Of a stretch of 64,000 nt of DNA, positions 13,147 to 26,820 are shown one piece after another. Under the pieces are notes generated by a model. That model saw nothing but the letters and a program-made list of their open reading frames with translations. It searched no databases and had not been told where the DNA came from. The position numbers were made by a program, and so were the translations under genes. Source of the stretch: Bugula neritina (taxonomy: Eukaryota > Animalia > Bryozoa). Location: positions 8,523,751 to 8,587,750 of the forward strand of contig OZ037773.1 of the NCBI GenBank assembly GCA_964035545.1, in the 5' to 3' direction. Each line of letters opens with the position of its first letter. The stretch's first letter is position 1.

Positions 13147-13292
13147 GCAGTACAGTACAATACAGTGCAACAGTACAGTACAACAGTACAGTACAACAGT
13201 ACAGTGCAATACAACAGTACAACAGTACAGTACAACAGTAGAGTACAGTACAGTGCAGCGCAGCGCAGCGCAGTACAGCACAGCACAGTACA
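13147..13292. repeat. Pentanucleotide microsatellite (CAGTA/CAGCG/CAGCA)n
   Basis: Direct reading; source of the Cys/Tyr/Val ORFs at 13048-13304. Confidence 0.9.
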
Positions 13293-13568
13293 ACAGACAT
13301 ACAATATAGAAATTATAGAAATTAACTTACTGTATTAGTTTGCTTTGTAAGTTTAGGAGAAATCATAAAAATCAATTGATAAACCAGGAAATATGTACTG
13401 TGTGTTAATGTACAATGTTTAACCTGACTTCAGTAGAATTATATTTTGTTAAAACTGCAGAATCTAAAGTAAGTAAGTACTAAGATGTAAGTACATAGAG
13501 ATAAGTATTAAGAAGTAAGTAGCCTACTAAGAAGTAAGTATTAAGAGGTAAGTATTAGGAGGTAAGTA

Positions 13569-16500
13569 TTAAGCCCAAAAAGCAAAGAGGAAAGTCCCTA
13601 TGACCATGAGAACAATGGCTGAAGCATCACATAGGATCTTCCAACGTTTCTGCTCCTTCAGTGACAAGTGTTGGTGTTCAGCTTCTGAGCTGCCCTTGAC
13701 CTGAGAGGTCACCTGTTTATCAATGCCGCATACCCAGAGGAGGGCAGTTTTGTACCAGGGTCTTCTGTGTGTTGAGTCTGTCAAGTAGAAGAGGACATGA
13801 GGATGAGAATACTGCTAGTAGTTTACTACTGTTTTGTTTATTATCATTACTATTAGTTTATTATCATTACTATTAGTTTATTATCATTACTGTTAGTTTA
13901 TTATCACTACTATTAGTTTATTATCATTACTGTTAGTTTATTATCACTACTATTAGTTTATTATCATTACTAGTAGTTAATTATCATTACTGTTAGTTTA
14001 TTATCATTACTAGTAGTTAATTATCATTACTATTAGTTTATTATCATCACTATTAGTTCATTATCATTAATGTTAGTTTATCATCATTACTATCAGCTAA
14101 TAGCTTACCATGATTCAGTCCATTATCATTATCATCAGCCTCAGTCTGAATGTGGATCTCCTCAAGTCTCTCTCCCGACTTGTCGACAGCAGCTGCCGTG
14201 TCCTCATTAATCACCTCATTGTCAGTGATGGCCGTCTCGTTTTCGTTATTATCTACAGATATTTCAGCCATTCAGGGAACATCTAGATACAACCTTGAAC
14301 TTTCTATACGAACATTTCAAGAGCACACGTGGATACAAGCACAGAGATGGAGGGTCTACAATTATATAGTGGAATACATTCTGTAGAGGTTGTGTAATAT
14401 TTCCGTAGTGAAATAGTTGAAGAAAAAGATGTGAAAAAATTTATAGGCTAGGAGTAGAGAGAACAGAACTCCATTTATTGTGCTTGGATTTCAATTATAA
14501 TACATGTGGAGAAAATTCCTATATCTCTATAATACAGCCATTCAATGTGAGTTTAACTATTTAGACTAGTTGAAGATGACAAATCTCAAAGAGAGTACAA
14601 CTTCACTGAATTGCTACTAGGCTTTAACTAAAGGGAAACCTGCACATACTACGCAATCATTCTCTTTACTAGGTCACAGTCACACCATCTTGGAGTTGTC
14701 TTATTAACTTTGATTAACATTACCAATAGTGTGTAAGTAATAACCTTACCAACTAGTACCAACTAGCACCGTACCTGCAGGAGGAGAGACTTCCTCTGTA
14801 TCCAGATCTGTTCTCACCTCAGAGCTATGTCGGGACCAGAATGTCAGCCGGTAGAGCTACAAGGGAAGTGGTATTGATGAGAATTCTAGTTTTTCATCAT
14901 ATTATATACTCTAGCTGTCTGAATACACTCTAACGTACTATATATACTCCAGCTGTCTGTATAAATACTCTATCTGTATATATAAATATGTCAACTACCA
15001 ACTTAAACAGCTTTCACAACTTTTTATAGTCACTATATATTTCAGGATTTGGTAGCACCAGCTTTGAGTAAGAGACTACTTTATGTTACATAATAATGTG
15101 AAAGCTGACCAGATACAATATAATATAATACAATATAATATAATACGATATAATAGAATACAATATAATGTGTATAGAATAATAGGGATAATATAATAAG
15201 ATATAGATAATACATAATACAACAAAATAAGTAGAAAATACTATAATAGGTATAACATTATAATACCTATAATATGTTATATTATAGATATAATATAACA
15301 TATTAGGTAGAATATAATATAACATAACACAATAGATAGAGCATAATAAAACATATCAAATAGATTAGCAGTAGACAGAGAGAGTTGATAAACTCACATG
15401 TTTCCTATCGATAGGTTTAGTCAGGATGGAGACAACGACTACTATGATTCCCGTGAAGAAGAAAAGGAAAGTTCCGAAGTAGAGGTAGTGGAAGTCTCTA
15501 ACAATGGCCGGCCGGTAGTCTGTGGGATCTTCGCACGTCGGAGACTTGTATGAATATTGAATGGCGAAGCGAATGAGTCCAGTTCCTATACCAACCACGA
15601 GCCCCACGAAGGCACCCTGTAGATGTGTTGAATAAGAAGTAAAGGAACAATCGGCACCAGTATTTCACAAGCATGTTGGTAGTTAATTAGCCCAATGCAG
15701 CTGCATTTAACACAGCGATGTCTATGAATTTCGTATCACTGAGCTCTATGCTATATGCTTTAGAGAGACAGAAACATAAGATGGTAACCAAGGAGACAAA
15801 AAAGCATTAACAAGTTAGTAAAGTACTAGTTATGATCATTTTTGAAGCTGAAAATTAGTTTATTTGAAAACAACAGCTTTGGTGAGCAACTTGGATATAT
15901 TTTCACACGTCCTGTTTTGTGTATAACTCAATAGAATAGAGCTGACACCACCAAAACATGTTACTACATTGCATTACTATATCCTTAGAGCTGTGATTGG
16001 GCAAAGTTCTTATGTGTAATTTTATTCTCAAAACCTCAACTTATAAGGCTCATGATAACAAAAGTGGTGAGTGATGAAACTTTTCTGTAGAAACTCTGAC
16101 GTCACTTGAAACAAACCTACCAGCTCATTGGCTCGAGACCAGAAGAGTCCAGCTATAAACACGGCTATGATTGGTGGCTGGAGAAAGCTGGAGATTTCCT
16201 GTATGTAGACAAACAGTTCCGTCCCCTGCGACTGTTTGATGATGGGAACCCAGAGGACACTTAGGGCTACTAGTATTAGTACAAACACTCTGTAATATAT
16301 ATTACACTGGCTACTAGTATTAGCACAAACACTCTGTAATATATATTACACTGGCTACTAGTATTAGCACAAACACTCTGCAATATATATTACACTGGCT
16401 ACTAGTATTAGCACAAACACTCTGCAATATATATTACACTGGCTACTAGTATTAGCACAAACACTCTGTAATATATATTACACAGTCTATTAGTATTAGT

Positions 16501-19500
16501 ACAAACACTCTGTAATATATATTACACTGTCTACTAGTGGTTATTGCGGGTGGGGTATCATACCTCCCAACAATCATCTGTTCTCGTGGTGAGGCCTGCT
16601 TCCTCAGCCTCATCCAGATGTCTATGGTGAATATGGTGCTGCTAGAGTTGAATATAGAGGTCAGCGAGGACATGAGAGCTGCCAGCATCACGGCAAGCAT
16701 CATGCCACGGGCACCTGTAGGACATGTCATAGGTGGTCACATGACGTCACGTCAAACATAATAAAGTAAAGTATTAAAATAATACGTATTTCTTTGATGG
16801 GAATTTCAATATTTGAAAAAAACTTGGAATATAAAACAACAACATTTACTAAAGGCTAAGTATGAACTGTAACCGAGAGTGATTTAGTCAGTCAGAGGTT
16901 GTGAACTTATGATAATATCAACAAGTTGGGGCCGTGTGGCGGACCTTCCTACCACATCACTAGTACAAACCAACCCACTCAGCTACATTTTCCACAGTCT
17001 TCTCTAATCTGCCAGAAAAAGTAGTCTACTTCAAACCAGCTCCGCCAGATTTGATACTTTTTGGCAAGGATTTGATTAGAATTACATTTCTTAGACTCGG
17101 GACTTACCTATGGGCATCAGATTGAGAACGAGGGTGGGGTAGGCAATGTTCGAACAGCCACTAGCAGAGCCACAGACGGCCTTGCAAGTCTCCGAATCAG
17201 CGCAGGCCACCGTGTCTGTTCATAAAACAGCATCTCTAATCAATTTGATTATTATGTGTAATAATTACCTACGCTACAGCAATAGCCAGACTACTAGTAC
17301 ACAAGTGGTTGTCATAGCTACCAGCTCACCAACTCTAATATACTTGGGAAATATTTACAAAAAGAATATTTAATTTGTTGCCTTACAGTAGGAAGAAAAT
17401 CAACATTCTCTTACAGAAACATCAAAAGACATAAATTTTAATAGACAGTAGTAAAGGTAGTCAAAATTGTTATCAATACAATACATCTGGAAAGAGTGAA
17501 GATAAACTGCTGGAATTTTCCAGACTAATGACTGCACCTCACAATTACAATTACTTATACTTAACATAATGTGATGATTTTCCTTAAAAACCTGGAATGC
17601 ATATAACCAATTATATAAATTAGTATTCCCATAATACATGTTCTCCAATATTACAGCTGATGGAACTAGAATAAATGGCACTAAACTGATGTGTTGTTAA
17701 TAATGCTATGAATGCCTGCTTATGTTCAGAAATAAAAACATGGCAAAGATTGACATTTATTTAAAATCTGAAATTATTTCAAAAATGAATAAATGTTCTA
17801 CTGTTTCAAGCTAATCTATGCTAAGAAGTCAAATAACTACAATAAAGTAGAGTTGGGAAATACCTACCAGGATATAAAATCCGTGCGATCATTCCAGGAA
17901 AAACCAACGTGAACAAAGGCAATACTTTGAGGAAGCCTGCCAGCACGGTCCCAGCTTTGGCATGTGTGAAGTTCTTAGAAGCCAAGGCTCTTTGAACAAT
18001 AACCTAGACAGAGAGAAGACAAATGCCAGTTGGAACTTTATAAACTCAGTATTCACTGTAACTAGCACAGTGTTAGTAACTTGCGTTTCAAAAGTAGATC
18101 ATTGCAAATCTTTCAGAGATGGTATATGAGATGATGTTTTCAATATTATTTCCACAATCAAAAGCTGGTATAAAGGCCGAGTAATGTGGTTATAATATTG
18201 TAAGTATGTATTTAATATTGTTCAATAGATGAGATAATGCAACTTCAAAACATGTAAGAAAAGAGATTGCCCATCTATAGACCACATTCTTTATTTATCA
18301 GACGGCATTATAGTTGCAGTTTATTCATAACAAGAAGGTAACTACTGTGACAGAATGTAGCCTAGGATACCTGGTCGGCACACCAGTACCAGAGGGAGTT
18401 GATCATCACCCCAACTAGTCCTGGCCAAGGCAGGTCCCCAGTCTTAGGGTCTCTAAACAGGTTCATGTAGTCCTTCCTGGGCAGGTTACAGCTGCTGTTG
18501 GAGAGAATTACGTTGGTGGCCACAGCTGTTGGGTATTTCCGCACCATTTCCTCGTACCCGCCCACTCTTTCAAAGCCTGTAACCAGTTTACCATCAAAAT
18601 GGTGAGTGTGAGCATAGAACTCACACTATATCTGGTATAGAACCCACACTATATCTGGTACAGAACCCACACTATACCTGGTATAGAACTCACACTATAT
18701 CTGGTATAGAACCCACACTATATCTGGTACAGAACCCACACTATATCTGGGATAGAACTCACACTATATCTGGTATAGAACTCACACTATATCTGGTATA
18801 GAACCCACACTATATCTGGTATAGAACTCACACTAACAGAGGTGAAGGTAACTCGACTTACTAATAATGGTGAGGACTATTGCCCCTATCAGCATGAGTA
18901 TGGTCTGTATGAAGTCTGTCCACACCACCGCTGTCAGACCTCCAGTGATGGTAAATATGGCAGCGACAGCGAGCAGGGCGAATATACTGGGGTAGGTGTT
19001 CCACTTGAGAGACTGCTCTATGAATATGGCTCCAGCGTACAAGTCGGACTGAGAGATATACAGAAGAGTTCATTGGAATCAAACAGAAGAGTTCATTGGG
19101 ATCAGACAGAAGAGTTCATTGGGATGAAACAAAGCTAAGTATGTAGTATGTAACATAACACAGTAAATAGAACAAAGAATGTGGTACAAAAATTACGAAA
19201 CTTTTACTCTATCTTAAAACCATGAAATTGCAAACCAGCCACTACACAAATAATATGGTTTGTTGGGAGTAGACAAGGTAAATGTTTGGGTATATCTGTG
19301 TAGTGGGTGAAATGCAAAGGTAGCTATTACTATTGATATGGTACTTTCATCATGTACAGGTTTGTGCCTAATTTTATTAATTATAATAGACAGTCAATAG
19401 ACTAATAAGAGATTATTAAAGTACTGTTAGTAGACTGTTAATAGACAGTTAGTAGATTCGTAATAATATTACTAGACTAGTAATTTTCTGTTAGTGAATC

Positions 19501-21734
19501 TAGAAATCTGTGCATAAGCCATTTAAAAAGTTAAAAATAATTTGCCTTGAATTAAACTCCTTAGATATAATTTAAATCTACAATTTAAAATATTATATAT
19601 TAAAATGTAATATAATATAAAGACTTGAAGAGAATGGGACACTAGATCCATGAAGCACTAATTTATTCAAATGTAAACAATAACAATTCCTTCCAGGATT
19701 CAAACTTATTTAACATGCAACACATAATCTCAAATACAAACAAGATCCACTCCCTTCAAGTAAGAATTATCTTAGCACAGGGTGCAGCACTCACGGAAAT
19801 CTTAGTGAAGACGTAAAGTAGTAGAGCGAGAACTGCAAGGGACACACGAATACGAGCTCCTCCAAATCTTAGCCTTAGGTACTCTGGCATAGTAGAGATC
19901 CCACCAGCTATGTAGACGGGCACAAACAGCCACCCCAACATCAACACAATGTAGATAGCCTAATGGAGAGAAATGCAATCACAGTAATTAGAATGAAGTT
20001 CCGTGATTTATCAATGAAGTTTAGAGTATTTTAAACAAATACAAATGTTCAATTTATTTCCTAAGAACTAGACGGCCATCCCATACTAAGTGTATGACAT
20101 TCAGGACTAGGGAACAAGCATCTTACGTTGATCTCATAGACGCCTACTCCTATACCAGAGTTGGCTCCACTCCCAGCGAGTCCAACAAAATGAATACTGC
20201 CGATATTACTGGCGAATATAGAGGCACCGACCTGCAAACATACAGAACTAGCTTGATTAGAGCCAGACATGCGTCAAAAGAGATACAGTCAGAGTTCTTC
20301 CAAATCTATCAAGTACTTGGCGAGGTTTTAGCCACAAGTACACTGGGTATTTTATGTTTTTTTGGTAGTTTCCATAGCAAAATGGCATTTAGGAATAAAC
20401 TGGGGGGAAATTAACATAGCCTAAGTTCTTTAACTTTATTATTAACTTTGGGTTTGGGTTGAAACTTTTGTTGAGAACATAACTTCTTTTGCTACATTTC
20501 TAATCTAGAACACAGGCTTTTCTTAATTTCTCTAATAATGCACATACCTCGCAAATGGTTATAACAGAAAGTCGGTATAGAAAGTAGTTAAACCTGGGAC
20601 AAAATAGAAAGGTCAGCTCTCCCAGTTACTATTTCTAAATCTTATGCTAATATTATGTAACACACAGGCAAAGACACACTGTGAACACATGCATAATAAA
20701 TTAGGAAAACTTTGATTCTGAATCTGATATCCCCAACAGAGATTAACAATGGAGCCAGACAAAAGGAAAACTAATAACAGTACAAAAGGTGACATGTGAT
20801 ATGATCATATGATACGTAATATATGATTACATGGTGCATATTATATGATTATATGCTGCAGCATTGAAGATAATAGAGTATCATTACGAGCCATGCTTAT
20901 GCAATGAGTTTATTCCCAAAACTGATTTATACTGCAAAGTATAGCCGCAATATTCTACCAGAATTATCAAATTAAACAGGAACTAAGGAAATCACTACAA
21001 GGTTAATGAGGAATATTGCTGTTTATTTCAAGATGCAATAATAAAGGAGTTAACTCTATCTTGGAACCGATAATCATTACAAGTGTTTATGCTAAGTTAT
21101 GGGAAGTAAACAGTTAACAAAACCAGATATTAGCCCCTGGGAACATTTTATAGTCAACAGTGGTTGGGGTGGGGGTTGGGTGTCACAGTAATATAGTTGA
21201 TTGTCACTTACAGGAATCCAGTGCATGCTTCTTCCAGCCAGAAAATATCCATCTACACTACCTCTGTTAGCTCTTGAGGTCTACAGCATGAATATACAGG
21301 TAGTAGAATATATGAACAATACACAGGTAGTAGAATATATGAACAACATACAAGTAGTAGAACTTATGAAATCATGGAATTACAGCTGCAAAGTTGGTAC
21401 ACTGCAGAGTAAAATGATATCAACTATAGAAAAGTTATGTTTTGATTGAGGATGTAGTGAATTATCAGCCAAGGTGATCAGTTTGTTCAACCAGGCTGCT
21501 AGCTGCACTCCCTTCTGTTATATGACATCACGTTTTACTTGCAGTCAACTCTAAGTTAGGATTTAACAAAGGTACATGTCACATGTCAAGATGAAGCAGG
21601 TATGTGGTAGTGCCACTACTTACCCATAAGCCAATGAGAAGGACGATGGCAAAGTAGACAACAATAACGAGTATATCTGACCAGTGTAGCGAGGTACCAG
21701 TCACTAAGTTATTAGTACTACTAGTCACATCCAT
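13569..21734 (-). CDS. SLC5 sodium:solute symporter, SGLT/SMIT subfamily (SLC5A1/9/11-like), 14 coding exons
   Basis: Exons translate to family motifs [128 protein letters not shown] and a final TM ending FLFAFWA*. All junctions GT-AG. The exact vertebrate orthologue cannot be assigned by eye. Confidence 0.95.
13838..14095. repeat. 21-bp minisatellite (TTATTATCATTACTATTAGTT), ~12 copies, last SLC5 intron
   Basis: Direct reading. Confidence 0.95.
16264..16538. repeat. 44-bp minisatellite, ~6 copies, spanning an SLC5 3' splice site
   Basis: Unit TAGTATTAGCACAAACACTCTGTAATATATATTACACTGGCTAC; the first copy overlaps the exon start at 16289. Confidence 0.95.
18614..18835. repeat. 23-bp minisatellite (AGAACYCACACTATATCTGGTAT), ~9-10 copies, fills most of an SLC5 intron
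   Basis: Direct reading. Confidence 0.95.
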
Positions 21735-24700
21735 TACTTCTACTGTTTAACCAGAGTGCCTGAAATGTTGCCAAAGTTATCACGGAACAACTCTTAAAAT
21801 AGCAGCTACTAGTCGCCTACTAACACGTGATTATAATCTACTACGTATGTTATAATCACACCCAGTAGCTGAATGCGGTGGGCGGAGCTTGTTTATGTTA
21901 GGCTATCACTGGACTGTAATACACGTGCATAACACGTGTTTGCTGCAATTAGCAGAACCAACAATCAAATGGACTTGAAATATTATTCATACTTCTATAT
22001 AGAACTGCAACTTAAATTATACTAGCTATTCGTGCAATGTTAGTTAATATCCTGTTTATTGTTGTTCTAATATAATTGTTTTTAGTATGCAACCAATTAG
22101 TTTGGTAGAGTTTATAGCTGTGTACAATAGTAACTGCAATGTTGATGATCACACAAATAACCTTAGAGTCAGCTGTTCTTATAACACCTTTAGTGACTTA
22201 TTGCATAAAGCTACACCAACCTATAGAGATTTGTGTTGCGGTGAAGAACAAAGCTATAATTCAGCCCATCAACCTTGGTAGTTGCATTGAATTAAGCTAA
22301 ACTGCTCAGCTGACTAAATCAGACTGAGAAGACACAAATATTACAAATACATAAATTTTACAGAACTTAGTAGCTAGGTAATTGGGTAAATTTTAGAAAA
22401 ATAAACTTTATTTTAAATTTAATTTACATTCAATCTAGTGTATTGCTATTACTGAGAAAATAGTTAATTATTTCTCTGCATCTCTTGAATTGCAGCTAGA
22501 GTGTTGTAAATAAGTATGAAGTGTCAGTCACATCATTGATCTATATGTTAGCTTTTGAGCCATTGTTAAATTCAAGCTTCTAGTGTTAGATTACAAAAAC
22601 ACGTGGGCACCTACATTTTGGTGTCAATTCAATAACCGAATTTCACCACGAATATTACTTTATGTAATATTCAGGTGTATGCAGAGAAAGATATTCATCA
22701 CAGAAATGCGTATGCCATTACTAATGTTTTTAAGATAATAGAGTCTCATCAAAAATGGCAAATTAAAACAAATACAAATGAACATATAGAGGTGGATTGA
22801 TTTATAGTGCTCTCACTTTATGGTCGGAAATGAGTACTTCTGTGATTGAGCACTCTAACCATGGCCACAAAGTCAATCTGTTAGACATTATGTAAGTCGT
22901 GCAATTCCTAGAGTTATCTGACTTGAATTCACACATCTTTTAGAAACCTTAGTTTCTCTGATAGAGAGGGTGTGGACCTCAGTACCCTGATCTTTGCTGA
23001 GGAGGAAACAAAATCTAAAACAGCTGGGGTACACAGATTGACTTCACGCACACACATGCACAGACATGCACATGTACAAACACACACAATCCATAATAAC
23101 ACATTTATAGTTTTTCAATTTGATTAATACTAAAATAATAACTTTTATTATTAGGTGTTTATCAATTTATATATTATACTGCTTATAATTATAGTCACAC
23201 TATAACTTAAATTTGGTATAACTGTATACAAAATAAAAAAAAAATGATCAAATTTAATAAAGCAATGTTCGTAAATGAGCAATAGCAATAGTTAATTGCT
23301 TTAATTTCAATTATAAAAAGTTAACATATTATGACTATTACACAAAATAAAAATTATGGTTGTCATTATGATCATCATTATAATAATCAGTGATAACAAA
23401 TAAACAACTATTGATTACTGATTACAAGTTTGTCGATAAATTACCACTTTTAGTGAGTAATCAGTAAACGTAATGATTCATTGACATTAAACTTACTCAT
23501 TACTAATTAAATTAGAATTTGCTCATTAGTTTAGACTGATAGCTACTACTAGCACTAGTCACTGTCAGTTAGCGATAAATGGTGAATGATGACTAAACTA
23601 AAACTAAAACTAAAACTAAAAGTAAACGAGACTCAGCAATGATTTATATTTTATTGATCATTATTATCATTATAATTTAAATTATAACTATGACTTTAGC
23701 TATAAGTATAAGTATAATTATAGTTGGAATTATTATAATTATTACAATTAGTATTACCATTGGTATCACTATTAGACTTAGTAATATTAAATTTAATAAT
23801 AATAGTATTAGTCACTATGACTATTACTATTAGTATTAGTATTACTATTAGTAATACTAATAGTATTAGTAATACAAGTAGTATCAGTAATACTAATAGT
23901 GAGTGCTGAGTAATACTAATACTAATAGTATAAGTAATACTAAAATTTTAGTAATTAGTAATACTAATAGTAATACTGATACTAATAGTAATAAAAATAC
24001 TAATATGTTATATGTAATAGTAATTCATATTCTGTCATTCATATTCATATTGATAATCATAATGATATTCACTTAATCTTATATTGAAGTTTAATTTGAG
24101 TATCATTATCCGTCGACTATCAGATTTATGTAATATGAACATCTAGTTAGAAATTGCAGCATCAAAATTCCCCAAATTGAAGCAATCAAAGGTTTGTTTA
24201 TTTGCTGCAGCAAAGATAAAAATGCCATTTTCGTAATTAATCAATAATCATTACGAACGCTAGAGCAAAGATATTGTAATTGAATGGTTCTATAAGCAGC
24301 TCCGAGTTGGGAGTGGCCGGGTTATGCGGTTCTCAAGTTTGAAGTCAAGAGTGTCATTTTCAACTCTGAACTCGAGAACTGCAAACTATTGCACCCAGTG
24401 ACCCTTTGAGCTGCTTTTAGAATCATTGGTTCGTTTTGATACATAGTGTGGGCTCCTAATTGTCGAAGTTAGTAAGGAGCTGTACAATGAGCTCCAATTA
24501 CTATATAAAACCCCTATTATGATATAGCGTGTCCAGTAAAGGGTTGTTTCAAAAGTTTCAACAGTTAGTAAAGTCAAGTTTGGGTTTAGATGGTTGATGT
24601 TGCGTTGATGCAATGAACTAAAAGTAAACCTTCCTTATCGTTCAATGGGTTGAGCTTGATGATTTTGAAAATTATAGCTTTAACTATAATTATAATACTA

Positions 24701-25163
24701 AGCCTGATGCCAATAGATATGGTCATCTTATAGTAATAGTAAATGTAATTTGAATCTTTAAATTTGAAATCGTAATCATAATGATAATGATATTCATATT
24801 GAATAATATTAATAATTGTTTTTAGTTTTACTTTTAGTTTTACTCATTTACTGGCCCGAAAATTGAAATCTTAAAAAATATATAACTATAAGTATGTCAC
24901 TGTGGGTTAGTTGCATGGCAGCTTTGTTTTTTTCATGGCAGACAATTAAAGCTGAGTAGTGAGTAGAGAAGCTCATTTCAGAATCAGAATGTTCATAAAA
25001 ATGTTAAAAATAAATATAATATTTAAAGGTCTAAATTAAAATTTCTTGCTTGTGTAAAAATATGTTTTCAGGTTTGGTTTGATGTTTTTTATTTTTATTC
25101 TAGAAATTTTCTAAACAATTGTGAAAGCTAATCACGAGATCTAGTTCTACTCAAGTCTGCAGC

Positions 25164-26000
25164 ATGGCTTTATTTGGAAACGTTGTAAGTTGTTGACTAT
25201 AATTCACATTGGTTGATACATTCACAAAACTAATATTTTATCATATAATTTATCCAGATTCTAGATATATCTCATGTGTTGGAGTTTCTTCCTTGTATAT
25301 GTCAATGTTTCCTCTAAAAGATATACTATATACTCATATTTGCTACATCTCAAAGGCTAAATAAATAGTTCAAAATTTTATGTTTTATTTTTATTTGGAT
25401 GCATATAAAATGAATTTTGTGAAAACTGAAACAGATGCTAGTTAATGTAGATGTAAATAGCTATATTTATCCTTCACGCTATGATTTTGGTATGTTGATT
25501 TTTTACTGTAGGTATGCATACTTGCTGGGGTGTATGCTGGAATATATCTGGACCAGAATTACAATGTACGTGGTGAGAGTAAAAAATTTATATATTTAGA
25601 TTAGTATATATTATATATAAAAATAAAATAAAATGTATAAAGAGTAATATACCATGTATAAATAGTAATATATTATATATAAAGAGTAATATATGATGTA
25701 TAAAGAGTGCATAAAAATAATATAGCATAAAATAAAAAATGGTATATTTTATATAAACATGATATATCTATCATATATGAAAGATAATAAATTATATATA
25801 AAGAATAGTATGCCATACATAAAACATATTTCCACTACTTGCTTCATACTCCCTATAACTTGCATGTGTTGCTAACATATATAAGGGTAATAATACTACT
25901 AATCTGTGGTTGTGTAATTTTGTAGGTACCTAAAGTCAACAATCCCCAGCAACTTATAGACCAAGTCAAAGAATTCCTTGACAGGAACAAAAAGGACTGA
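25164..26000 (+). CDS. STMP1: Short transmembrane mitochondrial protein 1 micropeptide (49 aa)
   Basis: Exons 25164-25184, 25512-25565, 25926-26000 give MALFGNVVCILAGVYAGIYLDQNYNVPKVNNPQQLIDQVKEFLDRNKKD*. The GxYLxQNYxVP motif is characteristic of STMP1/C7orf73. Absent from the ORF track because of size and splicing. Confidence 0.85.
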
Positions 26001-26749
26001 CGTAGGCATTGACCGGTTTTCATAAAGTTGTAGTATATTGGTGCAGTTTATTTTTGTTTAATGATAATGAGAGTCAGTAATGGATTAATTTAATGTCAAT
26101 TGCTTCTTTATTATTTTGCAATTTTTATCAGGCAGATTTATTACATTATAAATTGTTGTATTATTTGTACTCTGCTTTGAATATTGCAACTATTTTATCT
26201 TGTATTCCGTATTATTTGTTGTACTGTATAAAAGTTGTAAGCTTTACTTTATTACTTTGCTTACATTACTTGTATATTTTTACTTGTAACATTCTGAAAT
26301 TTATGTTGTAATTTTTCTGCAAAACTTTGTTGCCAGGAAGCTGCAATCGTTCCATGAATATTATATAATATTTAAATGATCAAATCTATTAAATTTCATA
26401 TAAATTAAATAATATCTAATCAAATCTTAGTTGTTACTTCATTATTATTAGCCAGTATATACGCTGTTTGTAGTTCTTTTTCACATTCTAAAACATTTTC
26501 TGTAATAATATATAAATTCGATTATAGATGTATTTATAAATATGATATGATATAGCTGTATTTGAGGTTTCACTATTTCTAATCCATTTATGGGATAAAT
26601 CTAACAGTTATATTACGTTTACGAAGTTGTCTTTTCTCTAACTACAATTTATCGATTTAGCTAAAGTTCCACAATACTTGTAATTTTCAAAGTATGTAGC
26701 GTAGGGCAGAACAGTCCTTTGTTTTGTGTTCAAAGTACCTAAGACTTGC

Positions 26750-26820
26750 GGCTAATAATTTCCGTTTGCCATCTTGGTCGACCAGTTGCCGGTGTTGAAT
26801 AAGAACAGCTATACAAGATC
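26750..26820 (+). promoter_or_regulatory. Probable COX5A core promoter/5' UTR with YY1-like motif GCCATCTTG
   Basis: GCCATCTTGG at 26768 in a CpG-containing patch ~50 bp upstream of the ATG. YY1 sites are common at OXPHOS and housekeeping transcription starts. Confidence 0.45.
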
